Origin: Candidatus Kapaibacterium sp.
GTDB lineage: Bacteria; Bacteroidota; Ignavibacteria; Kapaibacteriales; UBA2268
Reading direction: 5' to 3'
Assembly (NCBI GenBank): GCA_963665665.1
Contig: OY762428.1
Coordinates: 3,144,323-3,208,322, forward strand
DNA: 64,000 nt
Below the pieces are notes generated by a model. That model did no database searches. It was not told the origin of the DNA and was given only the letters and a program-made list of their open reading frames with translations. This document shows, in pieces, positions 38,319 to 47,402 of the stretch. A program made the translations under genes and the position numbers. Position 1 is the stretch's first letter, and each line of letters opens with the position of its first letter.

Positions 38319-38346
38319 AAGCGCCCCCCGATAGGGCGCTTTTTCA
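38319..38346 (+). terminator. Rho-independent terminator directly after nuoB
   Basis: agcgccc-cccgata-gggcgct followed by ttttt. Confidence 0.6.
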
Positions 38347-38566
38347 ATTTATAAATATTGATTGTATGGTTAAAGCTATTATAGCCAATTATTTGCATCT
38401 ATAATCATAGTTATAGTAATAATACGTTAAACTTGAACAACTAAAATCATATCTAAAAGTATATATATAGGGTTAACTATCGGGCAACTATTTCGTTATA
38501 TTAATTAAGAGAGTAATTCGTTCTTTGAAAAGCAGCAAAAAAAAAACCGTGAAAAATCACGGTTTG

Positions 38567-38652
38567 TACTCGGAGTGGGACTTGAACCCACACGAACCTT
38601 ACGATTCCCAGGATTTTAAGTCCTGTGCGTCTACCAATTCCGCCATCCGAGC
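38567..38652 (-). tRNA. tRNA-Leu (anticodon UAA), type II with a long variable arm
   Basis: The reverse complement GCTCGGATGGCGGAATTGGTAGACGCACAGGACTTAAAATCCTGGG...GGTTCAAGTCCCACTCCGAGTA folds with a 7-bp acceptor stem, anticodon loop CTTAAAA and T-loop GTTCAAGTCC. Confidence 0.85.
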
Positions 38653-38805
38653 GGAATTCAAAATTAATTATATTTTTTGTATTTGCAAAAGTAATTCTTA
38701 AAATATAAAAAATAAAATTGTGAGTGCAACTATTAGTTATTAGATTTGTCAATTAAAGTATTGAAAAACAATTATAAAATATAAATACCCGAACAGGAGG
38801 GCAAA

Positions 38806-40410
38806 ATGAAATTATTTATCAAATACAGCGGAATAGCATTACTGGCAGTATGGATACTCCAGTCCTGCTCGTCGGTTCAGGGCGAAAAAGACGACTATTT
38901 CGGCTATAATAACAATCCCGACCCTATCGAAAGCCCTGCCAGGGTCTCCGAGTCCGATGCAATCAGGAAAGCTGAGACTAAAGATGCCTGGACTAATCCT
39001 CTTGCCGGCAGTTCCGAAGAAGCTTCCTATACTGGTGGCGAAAACTATGTTCAGGAGGATGGTGCTAACCAGACAGTAGTGCAGTACACTTATTACAACA
39101 CAAGCCCGGTTTATGTTCCTGTAATGGTGCCCTGGTGGAGCCAGCATTACTGGTGGAAAAACCGCAGGAGCCATTTCAGTGTTTATGTTAATTACGGCCC
39201 GTACTGGTATGATCCTTACTACAGGGATCCATGGTATTATGCCTATTACACTCCCTGGTATGATTATCATCCATATTACGGCGGGTACTGGGTGAATTAC
39301 CACCATTGGAATTCCTACCATCCCAGGTATCACCACGTTCCTTATGGCTATTACGCCCGGGAAAGGGATAAAATCGTTAAAAAGGACAGGAATTTCGGGC
39401 CTTCACGCGGATATACCCATAATCCTAATACAGGACTCTCGGCAGATAATATGAACAGAGGCAGTCGTTCGGGTTCCACAAATACATCCGGAATTGCAAG
39501 TTCACGGGGTACAAGCGGCGGATCATTGAAAAGGGGCACAACAACCGGGATTTCTTCCATTGACCGTTCGGGCAGGACAGCTACGCTTGCTGATAACAAA
39601 ACTGCAAGTTCCACTGCCGGCGGTGCTTTCAAGAAAATTACCACACCGGAAAAAAGCAGTTCCAAATCATCTGCTGTTCCGGTTAGGAATACCGGATTAT
39701 ATACCGGGAATTCCGGGAACTTATCTTCATCCTCTTCAAGGAACTCTACAATAAAGGGAATTTCAAATCCTTCTTCAGGGTCGAGAATACAGTCCAGGCC
39801 TTCAGCAAATTATACCGGAACTCAAAGCAGGTCTTCGAGCGCCGGTACTAATACAAAGAGTTCCCTTACCCCGCGAAGCAGTGGTTCCTCTTCCAAAACA
39901 ACATTGAAGCGAGGCTCTACCTATAGTGGAAGCAGCAGGAACAGTTCATCAACTAACAGAAGTTCAACTCCGGTTCTCAAGAGTCCCGTATCAAGAAGTA
40001 CCCCCTCTTCAGGCAGTGTTAAATCAACAAGGCCTTCGTACAGTCCTTCGAGCAGTCCGAGAGTGAAGTCGAACAGGTCAGGAAGTTCAAGTTCAAAATC
40101 AACAATTAAATCTCCGCGATCATCCAGGTCGGGATCATCTTCCGGATCATCATACTCATCCCCGAGAAGCAGTTCTTCTAAAAGTTCTTCACGTTCTACT
40201 TATTCGCCACCGAAAAGATCTTCGACTCCCAAATCTTCCGGGTCTTCATATAAAGCTCCAAGAAGTTCGGGATCGTCAAGTTCTTCACGTTCTTCAGGGT
40301 CGTCATATAAGCCGTCAGGCTCTTCTTCGTCATCTAAATCCTCAGGATCAAGATCATCAGGAAGCAGCAGCAGTTCAAGTTCACCGAAAAGAGGCAGCCG
40401 CGGGCGTTGA
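38806..40410 (+). CDS. Lipoprotein with a Tyr/Trp/His/Pro-rich block and a ~330-aa Ser/Arg/Lys-rich low-complexity tail
   Basis: Lipobox ILQSC; PWWSQHYWWKN...YYRDPWYYAYYTPWYDYHPYYGGYWVNYHHW; then ...SSGSSYKAPRSSGSSSSSRSSGSS.... Ser is encoded by all six codons, so this is not a simple nucleotide repeat. Confidence 0.55.
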   Translation: MKLFIKYSGIALLAVWILQSCSSVQGEKDDYFGYNNNPDPIESPARVSESDAIRKAETKDAWTNPLAGSSEEASYTGGENYVQEDGANQTVVQYTYYNTSPVYVPVMVPWWSQHYWWKNRRSHFSVYVNYGPYWYDPYYRDPWYYAYYTPWYDYHPYYGGYWVNYHHWNSYHPRYHHVPYGYYARERDKIVKKDRNFGPSRGYTHNPNTGLSADNMNRGSRSGSTNTSGIASSRGTSGGSLKRGTTTGISSIDRSGRTATLADNKTASSTAGGAFKKITTPEKSSSKSSAVPVRNTGLYTGNSGNLSSSSSRNSTIKGISNPSSGSRIQSRPSANYTGTQSRSSSAGTNTKSSLTPRSSGSSSKTTLKRGSTYSGSSRNSSSTNRSSTPVLKSPVSRSTPSSGSVKSTRPSYSPSSSPRVKSNRSGSSSSKSTIKSPRSSRSGSSSGSSYSSPRSSSSKSSSRSTYSPPKRSSTPKSSGSSYKAPRSSGSSSSSRSSGSSYKPSGSSSSSKSSGSRSSGSSSSSSSPKRGSRGR

Positions 40411-40438
40411 TAACATAATTATTATGGAGAGGTAAAAA

Positions 40439-41857
40439 ATGAAAAAGTTAATTTTAATATTGATCGGAATTATTTTAATAAGTCCTGTTGCAAAATCGCA
40501 GTTTATCGAAGATGCTCTGAGGTTTTCACAACCCAATAGTATCATCACTGCCAGGGCAGGCGGCCTTGGTACTGCATTCCACGGTGTTAGTGATGATTTC
40601 TCAGCTCTGTATTATAATCCTGCCGGATTGTCGCTTATGCAGAAAAGGGAGCTTACTTTTGGCTTTGGATTCCTGAGAAATACTACTGAAACAGATTATC
40701 ATGACGTTGTAATGGATTTATCTGCAAATGATGCTTACCTTAGCCACTTTGGTATTGTAGCTCCTTTCACAACGAGTAAGGGTAAGGCTGCAATAGCTAT
40801 CGGCTATATGCTGGAATCCAATTTTGACAATACCTACGATTTCAGCGGGTTCAACCAGAACTCTACATATATTGACTTCCGCGCTCGTAATGACGGTGAA
40901 GATAATATGCCTTATTATCTGAATCTGGCAGATCTGAAAGGAGAGTCAATCTTTACACCTGTAACCGACAGCCTGCTTCAGGAAGGTAGCGTTATAGAAA
41001 ATGGCGGACTTCACAATATTACAGGCGGCGCCGGATTCGACCTTAATAAAAACGTATCAATAGGTTTCTCGGTTACCGGAAAATGGGGAACTTATGATTT
41101 CAACAGGGAATACATGGAAAAAGACATTTTCAACAAGTACAATGAATTCGTAAGTGATTATTCGAATGTTGACCTGGATTACATGAAGGTTGAAGAGCAG
41201 ATAACCCAGAATATCTCCGGTATAACCGGTTCTGTTGGAATCCAGGGTCGTGTTGGCGAGAATATCCGCCTTGGTGTGGGAGTAAAGTTCCCGACTTTCT
41301 ATTCTATTGAAGAAAACTATTGGGAAGAAGCAACTGCCGGATTTGATAATGGCGATTATATTACTGAGCCTTATCAAAATGAAGGAGAAACATCGTACAA
41401 ACTGAGATCACCATGGATATTTTCGGCAGGTTTGTCGGTTCATGCTATGGGTATCACTTTCACGAGCGGCGTGGAATACTGCGATGTTACACAGATTGAA
41501 TTCTCAGATGCCACGAAAGCGGTTGAATCTTTGAATAAGTATATCCTTAGGGAACTTGTAGGCCAGACTACATGGGGATTCGGAGTTGAATATGACATTC
41601 CGATGATGCCATTCGTTGTAAGGGGTAGTTTTAGTTCTACCACTTCGCCATATTCAGAAGATGTTCCGGGTGCTACACTATCGAACCTTTCCCTTGGCGG
41701 AGGTGTTTATCTGGCAAAGAATGTCAGGATAGACGGACTCTTCAGGTTTTCCGACCTGACACAGGTTCGTTCTAATTACGGAACTGACGAAAGTGCAAGA
41801 TATACTTATAATGTTAGCCCGCTTAATATCGCGATGCAGCTTACCTACAGATACTGA
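40439..41857 (+). CDS. FadL/TodX-family-like outer-membrane beta-barrel protein (the family that includes T9SS PorV)
   Basis: Signal peptide; the N-terminal ALRFSQPNSIITARAGGLGTAFHGVSDDFSALYYNPAGLS matches the FadL-family NPAG motif region; ends with aromatic YRY. Confidence 0.55.
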   Translation: MKKLILILIGIILISPVAKSQFIEDALRFSQPNSIITARAGGLGTAFHGVSDDFSALYYNPAGLSLMQKRELTFGFGFLRNTTETDYHDVVMDLSANDAYLSHFGIVAPFTTSKGKAAIAIGYMLESNFDNTYDFSGFNQNSTYIDFRARNDGEDNMPYYLNLADLKGESIFTPVTDSLLQEGSVIENGGLHNITGGAGFDLNKNVSIGFSVTGKWGTYDFNREYMEKDIFNKYNEFVSDYSNVDLDYMKVEEQITQNISGITGSVGIQGRVGENIRLGVGVKFPTFYSIEENYWEEATAGFDNGDYITEPYQNEGETSYKLRSPWIFSAGLSVHAMGITFTSGVEYCDVTQIEFSDATKAVESLNKYILRELVGQTTWGFGVEYDIPMMPFVVRGSFSSTTSPYSEDVPGATLSNLSLGGGVYLAKNVRIDGLFRFSDLTQVRSNYGTDESARYTYNVSPLNIAMQLTYRY

Positions 41858-41882
41858 TTTTACAATAATAAATAAAATATTC

Positions 41883-41916
41883 AGCCCTGACCTTTGAAGT
41901 TAGGGCTTTTTTTTTT
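41883..41916 (+). terminator. Rho-independent terminator after the FadL-like gene
   Basis: agccctga-cctttgaag-ttagggct hairpin followed by T10. Confidence 0.55.
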
Positions 41917-42000
41917 AAATTATAGTTCGGAGCGTAATGAACAGGCAGAGTAAGAAAGTAGCAAGTCAGGCGGAAGATATTCAAACAACAATATTGGGTT

Positions 42001-43311
42001 TTGATCATGAAATATTTATGGTATTTTATACTTGTTATAATGTTATTATCCTGCGGGGAGGACAATCCTTCAACACCCGGTGACGGCGGCCCTTATCCTG
42101 ATGATAATGTGGTCTGCGATATTGAATACAGGGACGATGCCATGATTGTTGAATCATCTGCCTTGCTAACTTGCGATACTGTCAACCCTGAATCTGCATT
42201 CGATGAAAAAATTATTAACCTGACTGTTGATAAAGAACTTTTTGGCCCGCCGCCTATGGCCGGGGATGTTTTTTTTATTAAAGGGTATGGCACGAGAAAA
42301 GTTATATCAGTTGATGATCATGGTTCATTCATGATAATTGAAAGTGAATTTGCAGCGCTTACCGAAGCAGTAAAAAATGCTAATATATCATGGGATTTTA
42401 CGCCTGTTATTGAAGAACCGGGGATAATCAACGTTGAAGGTGTTGATCACAGGCCCGTAAGGATAAGCACCGAAGGTTATGAATACAGCTTTGAATGGGG
42501 TAATAATAAATATACCTTATGGTTCAATCCTAAAGGAACAAGTGAAAACGGCCTGCCTGAAATGCAGGTGAATTTTATTGTTGAGAATAAAATTGATGCT
42601 GATGGAAAAGTTACTGCAACTTACGGTGCCAAGGGAACAACAAGGCTTCCGCATATTTCAGCCGATATTGATATTCAGGACAGTGAACTAACCGGATTTA
42701 CAACAAACAACAGCGGTTACCACAGTGAATTTACTCTTGAATATATTGCTACGTTTTCCCCGGGCAGCGAAGGCACTCAGATACTGACAATGCCGAATAT
42801 TACTTTGAAAGTGCCGCTTCAGTCGCTTACTGCTATTCCTATTCCGATTCCTATATATATTAACTTTGGCCTGGGATTCCAGACTTATCTTAATCTTCCG
42901 CAAGTTCAGGCTTTTTGCAATGCAAAGGTGAAAATGATAATGGACTCGAAAACAGGTTTTGAATTTAAAGGGCCAAGCGTGGGATTCAACTATAAGGTGG
43001 GTAAAAAGGATCTTGGTGACTGTACTTTCGAAGTAGGGGACCTTTCGCTTTGCCCCACCGGAATTGAAATGAAATGGGAAGTATTATGCCCGAGAATTGC
43101 CCTGAATGTTATGGGGCAGGAGGTTTGCTGGATTGCTCCTATATTCGGAAGCAGGACTAAACTGATAGTGCCTTCGCTTTGCAAGGCGCAGATGACACAG
43201 GTCAGGCTGGAAGGCGGTTACGGATTTAAAATTTTTGGAAATAGTATAGCAGAAGGAAAAAAAGTTTTTTTCAATGCTGATAAAACTTATAAATCACCGG
43301 AATGTCCTTAA
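42001..43311 (+). CDS. Hypothetical lipoprotein (436 aa)
   Basis: Signal plus lipobox (MLLSCGED); no catalytic motifs recognised. Confidence 0.45.
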   Translation: MIMKYLWYFILVIMLLSCGEDNPSTPGDGGPYPDDNVVCDIEYRDDAMIVESSALLTCDTVNPESAFDEKIINLTVDKELFGPPPMAGDVFFIKGYGTRKVISVDDHGSFMIIESEFAALTEAVKNANISWDFTPVIEEPGIINVEGVDHRPVRISTEGYEYSFEWGNNKYTLWFNPKGTSENGLPEMQVNFIVENKIDADGKVTATYGAKGTTRLPHISADIDIQDSELTGFTTNNSGYHSEFTLEYIATFSPGSEGTQILTMPNITLKVPLQSLTAIPIPIPIYINFGLGFQTYLNLPQVQAFCNAKVKMIMDSKTGFEFKGPSVGFNYKVGKKDLGDCTFEVGDLSLCPTGIEMKWEVLCPRIALNVMGQEVCWIAPIFGSRTKLIVPSLCKAQMTQVRLEGGYGFKIFGNSIAEGKKVFFNADKTYKSPECP

Positions 43312-43864
43312 TTATATTAATTGCGAGGTTAACTTGGATTCGATTTTAAACGAAGATATTATCCCGAAAATACTTGTTGTTGACGACTCAACAACTTTGC
43401 TTTCGTTGATAAAAGGTGTATTAACCGTAAACAAATATGAAGTGATTACTGCTGAAAGCGGAGCAGCTGCTATTGAAACAGCATATAATGATTTTCCTGA
43501 CCTTATATTACTTGATATAATGATGCCGGGAATGGATGGTTTTGAGACCTGTAAAATATTAAAAAGCAACGAAATTACAGCAAATATTCCTGTAATATTC
43601 CTGACTGCAAAAACATCAAAGCAGGATATAGTGGAAGGGCTTGAATGCGGCGGGGTTGACTACATTACAAAACCATTTGATAATAAAGAATTGCTTGCCA
43701 GAATTTATACTCATCTTGAACTTAAATATGCACGGCAAATAATTGAAGAGCAGAAAATTGAATTGGAAAATCTTGTTGAGGAACTTCGTATAAGCAATGA
43801 AATGCTTGAAGAAAGAACTCATGACCTTCTTGTTTTAAGAGAAAAAATGGGTGAATCAGATTAG
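43274..43864 (+). CDS. Response-regulator receiver protein with a C-terminal coiled coil (no DNA-binding domain)
   Basis: ILVVDDS...LLDIMMPGMDGFE...VIFLTAKT...GGVDYITKPF receiver motifs; C-terminal EEQKIELENLVEELRISNEMLEE heptads. The start may be internal. Confidence 0.7.
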   Translation: MLIKLINHRNVLNYINCEVNLDSILNEDIIPKILVVDDSTTLLSLIKGVLTVNKYEVITAESGAAAIETAYNDFPDLILLDIMMPGMDGFETCKILKSNEITANIPVIFLTAKTSKQDIVEGLECGGVDYITKPFDNKELLARIYTHLELKYARQIIEEQKIELENLVEELRISNEMLEERTHDLLVLREKMGESD

Positions 43865-43886
43865 AAGTGTATTCTGATAAATATCT

Positions 43887-44279
43887 TTACTTTGGTTCCC
43901 AGGATGAACCGTCACAAGGTATGTAATCAGAACTTACATGTTCGTCATAAATCCGGCAAAACTGTCCGGATTTTTCAAAATGCCGACATGTTCCGCAAAG
44001 AGTTTCCTCCTCGAATTTATCGATTCTTTTATTAAAAGCCTGAAACTGCCTGTAAGCAGGCCAGGCTACCAGGAACCACATCAGGAAAAGAACGTACCAC
44101 CAGTATTTGTATAGTTCGTAATATTGAAAAATTACAATACTCAAAAATATTATTATTGATGCCCGTATTAGAATTCCCCATACAATCGAGCCTGTTGTTA
44201 CTATTGGCTGTGTTGAAGAGTTGTCGTCATCGCTTGCTTCGCGAAACATCAGAATATTTTTTATTTTCTCGGTATCCAT
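43887..44279 (-). CDS. Hypothetical membrane protein with a C-terminal Cys-rich (zinc-ribbon-like) segment
   Basis: Two TM helices; C-terminal CGTCRHF...CRIYDEHVSSDYIPCDGSSW. Confidence 0.4.
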   Translation of the reverse strand: MDTEKIKNILMFREASDDDNSSTQPIVTTGSIVWGILIRASIIIFLSIVIFQYYELYKYWWYVLFLMWFLVAWPAYRQFQAFNKRIDKFEEETLCGTCRHFEKSGQFCRIYDEHVSSDYIPCDGSSWEPK

Positions 44280-44519
44280 TACTCACCGTTATGATTATTC
44301 TTTCACTTGCAATAACGCAATGATACGGAAATAATTTCATTTAGCAGCAGCTTAGGGATAATTGTATGTTTTGTTTCCCTGTATTACTGCCATGAAGAAT
44401 AGGAAAAGATCAAATCAAAAAAAATCATTAGATATGTGTGTATAATTAAATATAATATATTCAACTATTTAAAAACATACTATCATGTCGATCTCCGGAA
44501 AAATTGAAATAAATAAGAA

Positions 44520-46979
44520 ATGAGTGCATCATTTTTCATCTTTGTGTCTCTTACTACTAAATTCAGAAATGATGTATTTTTTAACTCGAAGGGTATAACG
44601 ATGAAGATATTCGAGGCAATATGCTTTTGCTTAATTATGATTTTTGCAGTAACCAACTATTCGGAAGCAACGGAAAGAACAAACTTTGTAAGGGGCAGAA
44701 TTGTAGATGCTGATGTTAAAACGGCTATTGTGGGTGCGACAGTTCAGGTGCTGACAACTGAACCGGCAAGAGGCGGATATACTGATAAAAACGGTGAATT
44801 TAAAATTGACGGCGTACCGCTGGGAAGGCATACTTTAAGAATAACATCCATAGGATACAAACCAAAAATTATTGATAATGTTATTGTAATATCCGGTAAA
44901 GAAACCTACCTGAATGTATATATGGATGAAAGTGTAATACAAACTGAAGATATTAAAGTGGTTGCTAATAAAAACCACTCTGAATCAATTAATGAGATAA
45001 TTACAAATAGTGTTGTAACTTTTGAACCGGAAACTATTAACAGGTTTGCCGGCGCCAGGGGAGATATTAGTAAAATTGCGGCTACAAGTGCCGGCGCTGT
45101 AAGCAGTGCGAACCTGAGAAATGATATTATTATCCGTGGAAACTCTCCGCTCGGAGTGTTGTGGATGGTAGAAGGGGCCGAAATTCCAAATCCGAACCAT
45201 TTTATGGTATCTGCTTCCGGCGGCGGGATCTTTGGTATTATAAATAATAACATGCTTGCATCAAGCGACTTTATGACCGGGGCTTTCCCGGCTGAATACG
45301 GCAACAAAATGGCGGGTGCATTCGATGTGAAGCTGAGAAACGGGAATAACAAAAACTACGAGCACACTTTTCAGTTGGGGCTTAACGGGCTGGAATTCGG
45401 ATCGGAAGGCCCTTTCAGCAGCGACAGCAGGGCATCTTATGTTGCAAATGGGCGATTCGTAACATTGCAGCCTGTTACTGCCATGGGTGTGGATATTGAA
45501 GTGGATGCTGTCCCGGAATACATGGACGGAACTTTTAAAGTAAACCTGCCGACTGATGACATAGGTTCATTGTCTGTCTGGGGGCTGGGCGGATACAGCA
45601 ATGTAAATATGAAGGACAGCGAGGACGAAGATATAAACTGGACTGATTCAACTGTGATTGAAGATACGAAAATGAGATCGAGTATGTATGCCATTGGAAT
45701 GAACCACAAATGTTTTTTTGGCGATAACACGCTCGGCGAATTCATCCTTTCAAATTCTGCCAGTATTATCCGGACAGAAGATGAAAATGTTTACCTGAAT
45801 AAACCCAAAATAAAAGAAGAAAAATTCGAAGGAACCGAGGGAAGATTTCTTGCTAAATATCTTCTTACCCATAAATTCAACAGGAATATTCTAATCAGGG
45901 CGGGGCTTTCATATACCTTACTTTACTATGACCTGGATATGTTTGCCTGGAATGAGGATGAAAATAAATATCGCACTACTCTTGCAGAGAAGAATAACTC
46001 AGGTTTATTCAGAACTTTCATGCACTGGCAGTGGCGTCCAAATGAAATTATCGAACTAAATGCCGGTATGAATTATCAGCAGTTACAACTAAATAATACA
46101 AAATCAATAGAACCCAGGGCCTCAATAAAAATAAATACAAGTGAAACACAAAGCATTTCTTTTGCTTACGGATTACACAGCCAGGTTCACCCCCTGCTAT
46201 ATTATTTCTATCAGTTTGAAAAAGACGGGGAAATGGTCGCAACAAATAAAAATCTTGAAATGAGTAAAGCTCATCACTTTGTTCTGGGTTTCCAGGAATC
46301 TATAAACAGTGATTTTTTTGTAAAAGCTGAAGCTTACTACCAGGATCTGTATGATATACCGGTTTCCAAAACCGAAGGCGATGAATATTATTCTTTTTCT
46401 AATCTCGGAGGTGTGTTCCATTTCGATCCCGAACCGGATCTTGTAAATGACGGTAAAGGCAAAAACTATGGCCTTGATATAACATTGAGCAAAAGAATGA
46501 GTAACGGGTACTATATGATGCTGACCGGCTCACTGTTTGAATCAAAATATACCGACGGGCTTGGCCGCGAACACAGCACGGCTTTTGATCTGGGACATGT
46601 TGTAAACTTCCTGGGTGGTATTGAATATGAACTTGATGACGATAGTAAATATACTCTCTCGGCAGACTTTAAAATGACTCACTCCGGCGGAAGAAGAGCC
46701 ATGCCTGTTGATATAGCAGCATCTATGGCTGAAAAAGACGTTGTTTACGATAATACAAGGCCTTATGAAAATCAGTACGACGATTATTTCGCCCTGGACC
46801 TGAAGATCGGTTTTAATATTAATATGGAATCAGTTACACATAATTTCTTTATTGCCGCTGACAATGTAACCAATCAAAAGAATGTTTTCGAGGAGGAATG
46901 GGACAGCGCGGAAAACAAACTTGACAAGCAGTATCAACTGGGAATTTTCCCCTATCTCGGCTACAGGCTTAATTTTTAG
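44520..46979 (+). CDS. TonB-dependent outer-membrane receptor with an N-terminal CarboxypepD_reg-like domain. The likely start is MKIFEAICF at ~44601.
   Basis: VRGRIVDADVKTAIVGATVQV...GEFKIDGVPLGRHTLRITSIGYKP (carboxypeptidase regulatory fold), a plug-like region, a long beta-barrel, and a terminal aromatic (…YRLNF). Confidence 0.65.
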   Translation: MSASFFIFVSLTTKFRNDVFFNSKGITMKIFEAICFCLIMIFAVTNYSEATERTNFVRGRIVDADVKTAIVGATVQVLTTEPARGGYTDKNGEFKIDGVPLGRHTLRITSIGYKPKIIDNVIVISGKETYLNVYMDESVIQTEDIKVVANKNHSESINEIITNSVVTFEPETINRFAGARGDISKIAATSAGAVSSANLRNDIIIRGNSPLGVLWMVEGAEIPNPNHFMVSASGGGIFGIINNNMLASSDFMTGAFPAEYGNKMAGAFDVKLRNGNNKNYEHTFQLGLNGLEFGSEGPFSSDSRASYVANGRFVTLQPVTAMGVDIEVDAVPEYMDGTFKVNLPTDDIGSLSVWGLGGYSNVNMKDSEDEDINWTDSTVIEDTKMRSSMYAIGMNHKCFFGDNTLGEFILSNSASIIRTEDENVYLNKPKIKEEKFEGTEGRFLAKYLLTHKFNRNILIRAGLSYTLLYYDLDMFAWNEDENKYRTTLAEKNNSGLFRTFMHWQWRPNEIIELNAGMNYQQLQLNNTKSIEPRASIKINTSETQSISFAYGLHSQVHPLLYYFYQFEKDGEMVATNKNLEMSKAHHFVLGFQESINSDFFVKAEAYYQDLYDIPVSKTEGDEYYSFSNLGGVFHFDPEPDLVNDGKGKNYGLDITLSKRMSNGYYMMLTGSLFESKYTDGLGREHSTAFDLGHVVNFLGGIEYELDDDSKYTLSADFKMTHSGGRRAMPVDIAASMAEKDVVYDNTRPYENQYDDYFALDLKIGFNINMESVTHNFFIAADNVTNQKNVFEEEWDSAENKLDKQYQLGIFPYLGYRLNF

Positions 46980-47017
46980 TCAAAAATCTATAAATATAAA
47001 AAATGCGGATAATTCAT

Positions 47018-47041
47018 GGGGCTTCGGCCCCTGTTTTTTTT
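47018..47041 (+). terminator. Rho-independent terminator of the TonB-dependent receptor gene
   Basis: ggggc-ttcg-gcccc followed by tg and T8. Confidence 0.6.
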
Positions 47042-47235
47042 GCGAAGTAAAGAGTTCTAAATATTTAAAAAATTGCTTATCGGGATCTCTCGTTCCCCGA
47101 AAAATTTTACTCTTATAATAGCTACCTGCTTTGGCTCGTGGATAAGAACGGAGCGACACAGAGGGATAAGATAACATCGCCTGTTCTGCGCCGGCGAAGG
47201 GGGGGGGGCAGGGTAACAGTTATGACTATGAACTC

Positions 47236-47271
47236 GCATCTAAGCCCCTGCTTAGATGTGATGTTTTTTTT
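47236..47271 (+). terminator. Intrinsic-terminator-like hairpin plus T8, possibly the 3' end of a small non-coding transcript
   Basis: gcatctaag-cccctg-cttagatgtg followed by atg and tttttttt; no convincing CDS upstream. Confidence 0.45.
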
Positions 47272-47360
47272 CTGTAGAATTTACCTTCCCAAGCGGGGCT
47301 TGGGAAGTATTCAAACGCTATCCATTTATTTATTCTGTAAATGGAAAAGAGTAGTTCAAT

Positions 47361-47392
47361 AACAAAACCCCGGCTGTGGCAAGCAGTCGGGG
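47361..47392 (-). terminator. Terminator of the minus-strand 772-aa gene
   Basis: On the minus strand: ccccgactg-cttgcca-cagccgggg followed by ttttgtt. Confidence 0.5.
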
Positions 47393-47402
47393 CAAACAAT
47401 TT

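Noticed and set aside
38839-39754. Minus- and plus-strand ORFs (165, 104 and 64 aa) inside the Ser-rich lipoprotein gene
   Set aside because: They are low-complexity alternate-frame readings. The long plus-strand ORF has a lipoprotein signal, an RBS-like ggagggcaaaATG, and operon continuity with the FadL-like gene.
47138-47362. 74-aa ORF (MDKNGATQRDKITSPVLRRRRGGGRV...) in the convergent intergenic gap
   Set aside because: Its composition is driven by the G10 tract and hairpins, there is no RBS, and it overlaps predicted terminator structures; treated as non-coding (possible sRNA) instead.
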